Assembly (NCBI GenBank): GCA_018238625.1
Contig: JABCSY010000017.1
Span: 1-51,797 of the forward strand
Length of the DNA stretch: 51,797 nucleotides
DNA from: Promethearchaeota archaeon
Lineage (GTDB): Archaea > Asgardarchaeota > Lokiarchaeia > Sigyniarchaeales > SOKP01
Direction: 5' to 3'
The stretch's first letter is position 1. Each line of letters starts with the position of its first letter. Below the pieces are notes generated by a model, which was given only the letters and a program-made list of their open reading frames with translations, had not been told where the DNA came from and made no database searches. This document shows positions 10,787 through 20,311 of this stretch, piece after piece. The position numbers and the translations under genes were made by a program.

Positions 10787-11491
10787 GTGAGTAAATCAAT
10801 GGGAAAACCTACAAACTATCCAGATCCTAATAAAAACCCTTATAGAGTAAATAAAGAGCAAGTACGAGAACCTAGTCAAACAAGGTTTACAAAACCATCT
10901 GTTGATTTTGAAAATCAACGCGTTTGTCCCTCGTGTGGGAAAGCAATCAAAATTAGTCACAATTTTTGTAAATTTTGTGGAACAGATTTAGTTGGAATAC
11001 AACCTCTTGGATATTCGGATAGAACGCTAAAGGAGTTAGCTAATACAGCACTAACTGACCCTGATCCTGGCGTTAGAAAGGACGCGGTGGATACCTTAGG
11101 GGAGCTCGGTGATAACGAAATCCTAGGTGTTTTAGCCTATGTTTTACTAAACGATGCCCACGAATTAGTTCGAAAAGAAGCTGCGAATGAATTAGGCGAT
11201 ATACATCACCCACACTCTCTTGATGTTTTAGCTAAAGCTTTAAAAGATCGTAGCCCTTCCGTGCGGAAAGAAGCGATTGAAGGTTTAAAGAAAATTAAAC
11301 AGATGAATAAACCCAAAAAAATCGATAAAGAAGATAAAAACGTTGAACCCGGCTCTAAGGTACAAGATAACGAAGAATCTAACACAACTGAAAATAACAA
11401 GTTGAACGACGAAAAAGAAGGAGAAGAAGAAATAGAAGAAGGTCCGTTTGAAGAAATTGAACCGCGAGACGATGATCTTTATGAGTTATAG
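10787..11491 (+). CDS. Zinc-ribbon + HEAT/PBS-lyase repeat protein with acidic tail
   Basis: CPSCG..FCKFCG, three D...VRK.A...L repeats, Glu/Asp-rich C-terminus. Confidence 0.85.
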   Translation: MSKSMGKPTNYPDPNKNPYRVNKEQVREPSQTRFTKPSVDFENQRVCPSCGKAIKISHNFCKFCGTDLVGIQPLGYSDRTLKELANTALTDPDPGVRKDAVDTLGELGDNEILGVLAYVLLNDAHELVRKEAANELGDIHHPHSLDVLAKALKDRSPSVRKEAIEGLKKIKQMNKPKKIDKEDKNVEPGSKVQDNEESNTTENNKLNDEKEGEEEIEEGPFEEIEPRDDDLYEL

Positions 11492-11692
11492 AGCAAATGA
11501 ATTGCTCAAAAATAAGGTTTAATCCATTTTTCTTTAGGTTCAAATTAAGATTTATATTTATGTACTAATCTTTATTATCATACATCACCAGGTTGCGCTA
11601 AATTCAACTGGTTTCATAATTTGAAAGGATTTATATAAAATTATAGATATTATTAAAAATATAATATTTTTATCTGTGAAATCCCATTTGAT

Positions 11693-12307
11693 ATGATACA
11701 ATTGCATCGTAGTATTGCAATTGCACTCTCTTTACTAGTTATTTTAATAGGTATTTATACAATTATCAGGACTAAGAAGGATTATGAGTGTAATCAAAAG
11801 CGCTCGAAGTTAACATCAGCCTTATGTTTATTATATCACGATTGTTTTGTAGCGATTGCTTCTTATAGCGCTTGGTTCAGTACTTGGCCGTTTTTTAGTA
11901 GCATTCCTTTTTATGGAATGCATTTATTCTTTTTTACTCTTGGAGCTTCTATCGCACTAGTAAGCATAATTATATACATAATGTATATGTTTAAAATTGA
12001 ATCAACTCCTAGAGCACTAGGTTTCACGCACGATAAACTTGTGACAGATGGTATTTTTAGTAAAACCAGGAATCCACAGTCTTTAGCACGAAATATTGGA
12101 ATGATCTCATTAGGATTGTGGGGGCGATCTTTTCATTCATTATTATTGGCAATTATATGGATAGTTATCAATCATTGTTACATTCTTATTGAGGAGGATT
12201 ACTTAGAAAAGATTTTTGGAAAGATTTATCTAACCTATTGCTCTCTAACTCCACGCTATTGTGGTATACTAACTCTTTTTAAAAAAACAACAAGACAAAA
12301 AGTTTGA
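11693..12307 (+). CDS. ICMT/PEMT-family membrane methyltransferase
   Basis: Hydrophobic helices, LVTDGIFSKTRNP, EEDYL..IFG..Y..Y...TPRY. Confidence 0.85.
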   Translation: MIQLHRSIAIALSLLVILIGIYTIIRTKKDYECNQKRSKLTSALCLLYHDCFVAIASYSAWFSTWPFFSSIPFYGMHLFFFTLGASIALVSIIIYIMYMFKIESTPRALGFTHDKLVTDGIFSKTRNPQSLARNIGMISLGLWGRSFHSLLLAIIWIVINHCYILIEEDYLEKIFGKIYLTYCSLTPRYCGILTLFKKTTRQKV

Positions 12308-12324
12308 ATTAGAAATAAGATTTT

Positions 12325-13248
12325 TTAATCTTTATTACTTGGAATTTTTGGTAGTTCTCTTCGAGTTGATACAGGTTTTTCAGCTTTGTTTTTTGGAGGC
12401 GTGCTTACTTTCTTTAAAACTTCTACAGCTTCCACAATTCCTTTTTTATCGTCAAAATAAACTCTAAATAAATTATTATCTAATTCCATTACCCCTTTTG
12501 GAAGCTTTTTAACCTCTTCCCAAGCGATATCTACAACATTTTTTCCAAATACTTCCGTTACTTTAGATACGGCACCGTATAAGGAATGTCCAAGAATCAA
12601 ATTTTGGCGTTCGCAATTCTCAGGAATTTCTATACTTAATATCTTTTCCTTAATTTTTTCTTTCTCTTCCTCTAATAATCCAAGAGTTCCTTTTACTTTA
12701 GATGGAGAAATAAGGCGTTCTTTCCCTTTAAATTGTGGGGTTCCAACAGCAAACGAGGACATCACTATGTTATCGGTTTTATCATCTAAGATAGGCGAAT
12801 AGTACTCCTCCTCTACTTCTCTTTTGGTAGTTTTACCCGTTTTAGATTGACGTTCTGCTTCTAATAATCTATCGCGTTCGATGTTTCGGACATAGCGCAT
12901 ATCTGGTAATTTTTCCGTTACCTCCATAGATTCCAATCTAAATGCGTTTAAGAATTCCCCTAATTCGTCCCCTTGATCTATGGATACAATTTTACAGCGA
13001 TGGTAACGAGAATCTTCCATCAATTCTCGCTGTAATTCTTGAGCTACACGGGAGCTTATGAACCTTTTCCTAACGGGAGATTTTGCCCCTTTCCAAATGT
13101 AAATTCTTCTAAGGTCTTCTCGAATAATAATAAATACTTGTTCCGGATTTAAACGATTTTTAAGCTCTTCTTGTTTAATATCTACTTTATTTCGTTCTCC
13201 GGAATTATCAAGCTCATATACTATGAATTCTTCGTAAACTTCGGTCAT
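12325..13248 (-). CDS. Single-gelsolin-domain protein with C-terminal extra domain (1DGelX-like)
   Basis: VFII..EDLRRIYIWKGAKSPVRKRFISSRVAQEL ... IDQGDELGEFLNAF matches the gelsolin repeat consensus. Confidence 0.82.
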   Translation of the reverse strand: MTEVYEEFIVYELDNSGERNKVDIKQEELKNRLNPEQVFIIIREDLRRIYIWKGAKSPVRKRFISSRVAQELQRELMEDSRYHRCKIVSIDQGDELGEFLNAFRLESMEVTEKLPDMRYVRNIERDRLLEAERQSKTGKTTKREVEEEYYSPILDDKTDNIVMSSFAVGTPQFKGKERLISPSKVKGTLGLLEEEKEKIKEKILSIEIPENCERQNLILGHSLYGAVSKVTEVFGKNVVDIAWEEVKKLPKGVMELDNNLFRVYFDDKKGIVEAVEVLKKVSTPPKNKAEKPVSTRRELPKIPSNKD

Positions 13249-13566
13249 ATTATATTCTCAACTTCACATTTGAATTTAGTTTTTAGAATTAATATTTATT
13301 TAACGAGTTAATCTCAACCAAAATATAAAATTTCTTTAATAAAAATTTATTTAAAAACGAGAATCGGATTTATAAAAGAAAGAAGAATCACAAAAAAAAA
13401 AGCTAATTTTTTAGTTGTAGCACCATTTTGATTACCGTTGATCGTGTAATGTGCTCTCTATTGAAAGAATAAACCCTGATATATTTTTTTAAGTTTAAGC
13501 CAAAGAAATTGAGAAAAAAAAAATAGGTAAAAAACAAAAAAAGGGGTTTAATGAATATTTTAAAAT

Positions 13567-14115
13567 TTATCTACGCTTTTTTTGTTCTTCTTTTTCGTGA
13601 TGAAGCATTAGTACAATTCCTAATATTAACATAGCGGAGTCGTCGTCTAAATCGGGCGACATGCTTACTCCGTAATGCCCTCTTAGTAGACTCTTCCATA
13701 ATTTTTTACTAATTTCGGCAACTTCTTTTCCATCTTTTATAATCTTGAACTTCAAGGTGAATATATTACCTTTCATTGTAAAGACAGTATTTTCGTTTGG
13801 ATCCTCAAACCAATAGCTCGGTTTAATTGAAACAAGTTTTCTTTTTAGTTTTCCGACAAATTGATCGTCCACTTTTTCACCACCTTTAAAGAACTTATAA
13901 CTTGAACGCAAAGAAATTATTTTTTCTTGAACAGTTAACACCGGAACATCGCCAAGGTCTCTTATACGGTACGTATTACCGATCTTTATGAGACTTCCTC
14001 GAAAGCTACCGACTTCTTCTTCGTTCATATTAAATATTTTGCCTTTATCGGTTAAAGAAATCATTTTTTCTTTAAGGATAAAGTCTCTTGTATTTAGCAA
14101 CGACATTTTTTTCAC
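13567..14115 (-). CDS. LURP-one-related/scramblase (Tubby-C-like barrel) protein
   Basis: FILKEKMISL, repeated beta-hairpins, KGNIF...F.I...GKEVAEISKK, terminal hydrophobic helix LILGIVLMLH. Likely ATG at 14106. Confidence 0.85.
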   Translation of the reverse strand: MKKMSLLNTRDFILKEKMISLTDKGKIFNMNEEEVGSFRGSLIKIGNTYRIRDLGDVPVLTVQEKIISLRSSYKFFKGGEKVDDQFVGKLKRKLVSIKPSYWFEDPNENTVFTMKGNIFTLKFKIIKDGKEVAEISKKLWKSLLRGHYGVSMSPDLDDDSAMLILGIVLMLHHEKEEQKKRR

Positions 14116-14291
14116 TCTGTTAGATTTTCAAATATAGTTATTTAATGATTTTAATGTAATAATCAAAGTTCAGCTTTAAAAATTTTAGCAACTATTATAT
14201 ATAATATCAATCGATTATATTCACAAATAAATAAAAAAATAAAGGATTGAATTTATTTAATTTATAATAAAAAAAATGAATTAATGTTATT

Positions 14292-14783
14292 ATGTCGATA
14301 ATTTTTGTCTCTGAAGGATATTTTTGTGAAGGCGAAGTGGAAAAGAAGTGGCAATTTAAAATGGAATTTGGAAAAATCCTATTGACCGAAAAGGAGTTGT
14401 CACTAGTAAAAAAATCAAATATAAGCCTAACTGAAATCGGTTCTTCAATTGATAATTTCAAGGATGGTTTTATAATTCCTTTAGAGAATATCAACAAAGC
14501 GTATAGCGCGAAAATCCAAAAAATATTTGTTGTAGTAGTAGAAACCAGAGACGATCATACGTTCTCCATAACAATGGCTAATAATAGGAGCATAGGTAAG
14601 CAACAGAGCATTAATTTGAGTGAATTGATAAACGCAACTATTATAAAAACCATTAATATCAAAAATATGGCGTCCGCTACAAACGATACGGAAATCGAAC
14701 GCGTTTCTAATAAATGCGAATATTGCGGAGAAATTAATGATATTAGTTTTAAATTTTGTAAAAAATGCGGAAAGGAATTATAA
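14292..14783 (+). CDS. PH/GRAM-like domain protein with C-terminal zinc ribbon
   Basis: GKILLTEKELSL and IIPLENI motifs followed by beta strands and a helix; CEYCG..FCKKCG. Confidence 0.6.
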   Translation: MSIIFVSEGYFCEGEVEKKWQFKMEFGKILLTEKELSLVKKSNISLTEIGSSIDNFKDGFIIPLENINKAYSAKIQKIFVVVVETRDDHTFSITMANNRSIGKQQSINLSELINATIIKTINIKNMASATNDTEIERVSNKCEYCGEINDISFKFCKKCGKEL

Positions 14784-14833
14784 ATTGTTTTAAACTGTAT
14801 AAGAAAAGAATAAGAAAAGAAAATATTAGTTAT

Positions 14834-15622
14834 TTAGCGATGACGTGGAGCTCCAAATGAACCGGGAAATCTTCCACGACGGTGAGATCCACGACCGATC
14901 ATTGGTCCACTACCCGAAGAGTCATGCATTACGTTATCTATTGAAAGAACAAATCCCAAGAGTATCCTTCTGTCTGTTTCGTTATCTAAAATCTTCAAAG
15001 CGTACGTATCTTTAAAATCAAATAATCCTCCCCCTAAGAAAATATCTCTCCATCGATCAGCTTTTTCTATTTCCGCTACCAATTTTCCTGAAGCAACTTC
15101 ATAGATTTTAAACGACCAGCCAAAAAAGTTCCCTTCGGCCTCGTACCATCTATTTCCCACCTCATCTTCTAAAAAGAATTTTGATTTAAAAAAGGTTAAT
15201 ATTTTCTTCTTAATTCTTGCGATTAATTCTCCCTCTGGAGTTTTTAAATCCTGAGCGCCTCTTGCTGAAATAATTTTACTATGAATCGTAGCAACAACGG
15301 TACCATCAAGTTCTTGGAGTTCAACTCGTCGTCTTATGCTAAAGATTATTCTATGCATTTTTCCGATCATTTGATTGTTTTCATCGAGGATATCGCCCGA
15401 ACCCCAATCCCAATACTTCTCGCTCAAGATGTAAAAGTTTCGATTAATGTCGAATAAACTACCTTTTTTCTGAGGTGTTGGGGTCGGAGCTGAAGAAGGG
15501 GCGCCTTCTACTCCTTTTTCTGGTGCTTTCTTAATTGAAGACAATTCTGTACCGCATTTCTCACAGAACTTTTGTGCTGGATCAGATTCATCTCCACAAT
15601 TTGGGCAAAATTTCACATTCAT
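14834..15622 (-). CDS. Zinc-ribbon + LURP-one-related/scramblase domain protein
   Basis: FCPNCG..FCEKCG, then a barrel with EGNFFGWSFKI, VAEIEK, DTYAL, ILLGFVLSID; Gly/Arg-rich tail. Confidence 0.85.
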   Translation of the reverse strand: MNVKFCPNCGDESDPAQKFCEKCGTELSSIKKAPEKGVEGAPSSAPTPTPQKKGSLFDINRNFYILSEKYWDWGSGDILDENNQMIGKMHRIIFSIRRRVELQELDGTVVATIHSKIISARGAQDLKTPEGELIARIKKKILTFFKSKFFLEDEVGNRWYEAEGNFFGWSFKIYEVASGKLVAEIEKADRWRDIFLGGGLFDFKDTYALKILDNETDRRILLGFVLSIDNVMHDSSGSGPMIGRGSHRRGRFPGSFGAPRHR

Positions 15623-15803
15623 AATATCAGCCTTAATATTTGCTTTAGAAATAAACTTCAGTTTTTAATCATCAATAGTCAATATAGTCTAATAAATTTA
15701 AGGATGAGAAAGAATTTTTACTTAGATTTTAAAGAAATTTTTTAACTAAACTAAACTTTTAACTTTTAAATATATAATAAAATTACAAAGAAGTGAGAAA
15801 AAA

Positions 15804-16577
15804 ATGTCAACAATACCAAGTTTGCTTAAACTAAAAGATTACATTACTCTAACTGGGACGACTATAGGTTTGATTGCTTTAATGTTTGGTTCATTTGGAA
15901 CCCGAGACGCCATCTCTTTAGGTTTTTTTTTAATCTCACTAACTTTTGGAACGGATTTAATTGATGGGTACATCGCGAGAAAGACAGGAACAGTAAACGA
16001 TATCGGTAGAGAACTCGATTCTTTGAGCGATTCTCTCACATTTGGTATAGTGCCCGCCGTACTATGTTTTCAAGCGTTTAAAACAGGGACGCTTTACGAT
16101 TGGATTTTAGCAATTGGGTGTATTTGCTTCGCACTAGGGGCTATCTTAAGATTGGCTCGGTTTAATATTTCAACAAGTGCCGGGTATACAGGTGTGCCAA
16201 CCCCAGTAAGCAGTTTATTAATCCTCGTCTACTTTTACGCTAATTATTTTTACGCGTTTGCGTTTGGTGGTTTGACTTATCCATTCCTTGAATTTGTTTA
16301 TTTTATTACTCCATTCCTTTTAATTTTCTCTGGATGGTTAAACATTACTACTTACATTAAATTTGGCGAAAAAGGTAAAAGCGTTTATTACTTATTCATC
16401 ATTTTAGCACCCTGTTCTCCGATATTTGGTATTATAGGTGTTTTAAACCCTAATTTTATAGTATCCATAACCATTTCTCTGATATTTTTAGGTTTTTTCA
16501 TAATTTCGCTTAGTTGGGTGCTTCTTAACTCTGTTATTACCCAAATATCGATGAAAAAGGAAAAGGGCACAAGCTAA
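15804..16577 (+). CDS. pssA: CDP-alcohol phosphatidyltransferase, PssA/archaetidylserine synthase type
   Basis: DLIDGYIARK....DIGRELDSLSD signature plus the PssA-typical ILRLARFN and GVPTP. Confidence 0.85.
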   Translation: MSTIPSLLKLKDYITLTGTTIGLIALMFGSFGTRDAISLGFFLISLTFGTDLIDGYIARKTGTVNDIGRELDSLSDSLTFGIVPAVLCFQAFKTGTLYDWILAIGCICFALGAILRLARFNISTSAGYTGVPTPVSSLLILVYFYANYFYAFAFGGLTYPFLEFVYFITPFLLIFSGWLNITTYIKFGEKGKSVYYLFIILAPCSPIFGIIGVLNPNFIVSITISLIFLGFFIISLSWVLLNSVITQISMKKEKGTS

Positions 16578-16632
16578 CAAGTTAAAGAAAAAGAGTTAGA
16601 TTTACTTTAAACTGTACAATTATTTTGATAAT

Positions 16633-18654
16633 CTAGTTTATTAGATGTTTTTTCCATTCTTCTATGCTTTCAACGATATGATTAATATCCACTTCGCTTA
16701 AATGACCCAAATGGGTTTTATATTGGTTGATTTTACTTCTTAACTTGTGGAGAGTAACGCTAAATCCTTTTTTCTCTAAAATTAAGTCCGCAATATTTTC
16801 TAATTCGGTACTAAATTCCTCTCCACTAATGTTTTGTAGCTTTTGTACTAACGATTTAAAAGCAGTATCGATTAACATTCCTACCTCATCGCCAGCCTTT
16901 GGAATCTGTTTTGATGTTTTAGGAGTTTGTTTTGATGCTTTAAGAGCTTGTTTTGATGCCTTAAGAGCTTGTTTTGATGTTTTAGGAGCTTGTTTTGATG
17001 TTTTAGGAGTTTGTTTTAAAGTTTTCTGTTGTGAAGTTTCTTTAACCTTGTCTTGAATCTTTTGAGTTAATTCCGTAACTATATTTTGTGTCTGAGCGAT
17101 ACCTGTTTTCTTTTGGGACGCTTTAAAACGACTAGGCGTAATTGGTTTAGTGGTTTCTACTGTTTTGAAAGTAGTAGTTTCTCTTGGTGTTGACATTATC
17201 CCAAGAGATCTTGGTTTTTCGTGTAGACTCGAACTTGCTTTATCCCACACTGTATTGATAACCGAAAGAATAAGTTTAATTAAAGGTGCGTAATCAGTAG
17301 CAAATCCAACAAAATCTTTTAACGAATCCGGTGAATTTTTCTGGATTATTCCTATAAGTATGTAATTATCGTCGCATTTGATAACGATAACGCTCTCATT
17401 TTTGAGCGTTCTATATTCCAAGTTTTTGATTTCTTTAAATTGTTTAGCATTGCTGTTAGTGTGTGCCTCAGAGGAAGCAATTTTAATTTTAAGAGTTCCC
17501 GAGATATCTTTAAATTCTTCTATCGATAAATAATCTTCAAGATTAGGAACAACTAATAACAAATTCTCTTTAGCATGGGTAATTTTACTTAATATTTCTT
17601 CGTTAACTCTAGAAACACTACTAATGTGCCAAAAATTATCCAGTTTCGTCTTTTCAGAAGATGTAATAATTTTATAAAAACTCACCATTGCTTTGTTAAT
17701 AGGATTATTTAGAGCCGCCACGGAATCGACTGAACTACTAATTATCGCGTTAAAACTGTCAATAATAATGTTTTCGAAGTTTTTAAGATCGCTAGATAAA
17801 TCTTTGTGCTTTTTTTTTACCAATTCTATTGTTTTATTGATTTTAGATTCGTAACTATTTAGCATGTTTAACAATATCATCTGAAAGTCGTCCCGAAATC
17901 GAAAGGTTGATTCAATAATATTATTAAGCGATTCAATTGTGTTATCAAATTCGTCTTTAATTAATTTATGTAAGTTAACAGTAAAATCTTTAAGTATTTT
18001 TTCAAAGCTTTCTTGAAACACAGCTTCAATTACGCTCTTAATCGCTTTTTCAGATTTTTTCAATTCTAAAGATTCGATTTTTACATTTAGATCCTTCTTA
18101 ATTGTGGTAATTAGCTTAATTAAATAAGAAAATTGATTTTGGGTTACACCTTTAATTGTTTTATGTAGTTCATCCAAAACATCTTTTACTATTTTTAAGT
18201 TCTCCATTCCCTGAACAACATCATCTATATCCTGCTTTTGGATAATTACGTCTTCTTCGATGTCTTTTCTTAATTCTTGGGTTGCGTTAAAAGTGGTTTC
18301 TAATTCGATTATCGTATTTTCTTGAAATATTTTCTTTAGAGAGGTTGAAAGTAATTGGTGTATTTGATTTTTAATGCCGTCTAAGTTGGCATTTATATTT
18401 TCGTAATAATTTATAATCGGGTTAATTGGAGGAATGGCTAGGTATTGAAGTAATAAATCAGGGCTTTGAGGATTGACAGGCATTAACAAACCAGCATCTA
18501 TAAGTTCATTTAAAGATTTTGCATATTCTTCCTGAGAGATATTAGGTAAAATAGAATATAGTTCGAACGATGACAAAGGTTTTCTACCAACGCTTTGTAA
18601 ATAAAGTTTCATCGCATTATCTGAAATTTGTATTTTTTTTAAAAATTCTTCCAT
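16633..18654 (-). CDS. TrmB-like wHTH + long helical/coiled-coil region + TrmB/PLD-like domain protein
   Basis: N-terminal LYL...ELY...LNELIDAGLL...YLAIPP, about 250 aa heptad-rich, then ITHAKENLLLVVP effector-like domain, repeats and a C-terminal helical domain. Confidence 0.65.
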   Translation of the reverse strand: MEEFLKKIQISDNAMKLYLQSVGRKPLSSFELYSILPNISQEEYAKSLNELIDAGLLMPVNPQSPDLLLQYLAIPPINPIINYYENINANLDGIKNQIHQLLSTSLKKIFQENTIIELETTFNATQELRKDIEEDVIIQKQDIDDVVQGMENLKIVKDVLDELHKTIKGVTQNQFSYLIKLITTIKKDLNVKIESLELKKSEKAIKSVIEAVFQESFEKILKDFTVNLHKLIKDEFDNTIESLNNIIESTFRFRDDFQMILLNMLNSYESKINKTIELVKKKHKDLSSDLKNFENIIIDSFNAIISSSVDSVAALNNPINKAMVSFYKIITSSEKTKLDNFWHISSVSRVNEEILSKITHAKENLLLVVPNLEDYLSIEEFKDISGTLKIKIASSEAHTNSNAKQFKEIKNLEYRTLKNESVIVIKCDDNYILIGIIQKNSPDSLKDFVGFATDYAPLIKLILSVINTVWDKASSSLHEKPRSLGIMSTPRETTTFKTVETTKPITPSRFKASQKKTGIAQTQNIVTELTQKIQDKVKETSQQKTLKQTPKTSKQAPKTSKQALKASKQALKASKQTPKTSKQIPKAGDEVGMLIDTAFKSLVQKLQNISGEEFSTELENIADLILEKKGFSVTLHKLRSKINQYKTHLGHLSEVDINHIVESIEEWKKHLIN
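16907..17011. repeat. Five tandem 21-bp coding repeats (consensus TGTTTTGATGYYTTARGAGYT)
   Basis: Units start at 16907, 16928, 16949, 16970 and 16991 and encode KQTPKTS/KQALKAS heptads. Confidence 0.92.
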
Positions 18655-18806
18655 ATTGGTTCACCATCTAATCTGTACTACTATTTTACTTTTAATAATA
18701 AGTAATATAAGTATTTATTTTTTAAATTTTGTTAGATAAAAAATTATATAAAGTATATTTTTCTTTAACTTAATTAACTTAATTATAAAACATTAAGGTT
18801 ATTAGT

Positions 18807-20204
18807 ATGAGCTCTTATGAGGATGTTTTCTTTTATTTGGATCTAACTAAGGACTTCCTAAAAGCGAAAGAAGTAATTAAAGCAATTAAATATTATATCG
18901 CTGAAAAAAATAAGATTAACATTAGAGGACACTATGGATTATTGATTTTCCAAGAAGAGGGCAACCCTATCTTTATTACGGATAAAAAGGACTCAGACAT
19001 TATAGAAAATACTATCCAAGAAAATTGGAAAACTCGTCCTAAGAAGCGATCTTTTTTCGAAAATGGATTGTTTTATATATTTTCGTACATAGCGGAGACT
19101 ATTAAAAAAAAGTCAAAATACAATCGAATAATCATTATAACAGATACTCCTAGCGATCTATCTGAAGACTATACCGAAGCTTTGTTTAGTTTAGTTTCGA
19201 AAATAAAAGCTTTTCCTACTTTTATAGATATTTTAAGAGTTTCAGAAAAAGAAGAGCGATTTTTTAAAGACGATGTTAAACTAAACATTTTAGCAAGCGA
19301 TACTAAAGGCGGGATCTTTTACATTCACGACCGCGGCGATTTTATGCCTACTATTAAAAGATTAGTTAAGAGCAAGCAATTGGTAAGCACTTTTGAAAAT
19401 CAACACGATAGAATAAAAATTAAGAAAGACGATTACTACTTCTATTCTCATCTAGCAAAAAGTTTAAAACCCGCTCCCCTCAGCGATGTAGGGATAAAAT
19501 GCCACTTCTGTCAAGAAGAAATCTGTCCTTGTTGCGCCGATGTAAGTGATAAACTGTTAATTTGCGAGGAATGTGGTACTAAGTTTCATAGATGTTGCGT
19601 TACAAATTATACAATTCAACATAATATAGGAATACCGCACATTTTTCGATGTCCTAAATGCGATATCCTACTAAAAATAAATCAAGACGATATAGTTTCT
19701 CCTTTCGACGAGAAGATGGAATCTGTTGAAGATTATATAGAAACAAAAGAAATACAACCAGACCAATTAGAAGAAGAAAGTATCACGGCTTCTGATTACT
19801 TAGAAATTGAAGAACCGCTTGAAGAAAAAAAAGAGATACCTGATGTCATAAAAATAGAAGAGTCAGAAACAGAACAGAAAGCAATTAGGATAGGTGGTTT
19901 TTTTGGAACTTACTATAAAGTTAAAAAAGATGGAGATAAACTAGTCTACCAAAAAACAGCTAAACCCAATAACTCAATGAAAGATAGTCAGAAAGTTACA
20001 AAAAACTTAAAAACTATTACAGAACCCAAACTTAAAAAGGCTGAAATACCGCAATATTGGAAACCAGTAGAAGGACGGGATAGAAATAGTACTAATAAAG
20101 GAAAGCCTATCTTTTTTGTTTGCCCCGGATGCGGAACACAAATTAGCGATAAGGATAAAGATCGACATTCATGTCCATTTTGTGGATTTAAATTAGTTGA
20201 TTGA
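18807..20204 (+). CDS. vWA domain + C4HC3 (PHD/RING-like) zinc finger + acidic linker + zinc ribbon protein
   Basis: FFYLDLT, YGLLIF, IIIITD, LASDTKGGIFY (vWA); CHFC..CPCC..CEEC-x4-H-x2-C..FRCPKC; terminal CPGCG..CPFCG. Confidence 0.75.
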   Translation: MSSYEDVFFYLDLTKDFLKAKEVIKAIKYYIAEKNKINIRGHYGLLIFQEEGNPIFITDKKDSDIIENTIQENWKTRPKKRSFFENGLFYIFSYIAETIKKKSKYNRIIIITDTPSDLSEDYTEALFSLVSKIKAFPTFIDILRVSEKEERFFKDDVKLNILASDTKGGIFYIHDRGDFMPTIKRLVKSKQLVSTFENQHDRIKIKKDDYYFYSHLAKSLKPAPLSDVGIKCHFCQEEICPCCADVSDKLLICEECGTKFHRCCVTNYTIQHNIGIPHIFRCPKCDILLKINQDDIVSPFDEKMESVEDYIETKEIQPDQLEEESITASDYLEIEEPLEEKKEIPDVIKIEESETEQKAIRIGGFFGTYYKVKKDGDKLVYQKTAKPNNSMKDSQKVTKNLKTITEPKLKKAEIPQYWKPVEGRDRNSTNKGKPIFFVCPGCGTQISDKDKDRHSCPFCGFKLVD

Positions 20205-20311
20205 ATTTTTAAATTGAGAAATAACAATAAAAATAAATAAAAACTCTAATATTATTTTATAAAACTTTACTTTAATTTAGGATAAAATACAGACTATATT
20301 TTAATATCAAT

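Noticed and set aside
11587-11612. Small hairpin ACCAGGTTG...CAACTGGT as an ncRNA
   Set aside because: It is short and imperfect, with no supporting family features.
60-12307. Prenylation pathway link between the Rab-like GTPase and the ICMT-like gene
   Set aside because: The GTPase ends MKKRTY with no Cys, the genes are 11 kb apart, and ICMT/PEMT-like proteins are widespread in prokaryotes.
16907-17011. Repeat array considered as CRISPR
   Set aside because: The units are contiguous with no spacers, are in frame within a CDS, and there are no cas genes.
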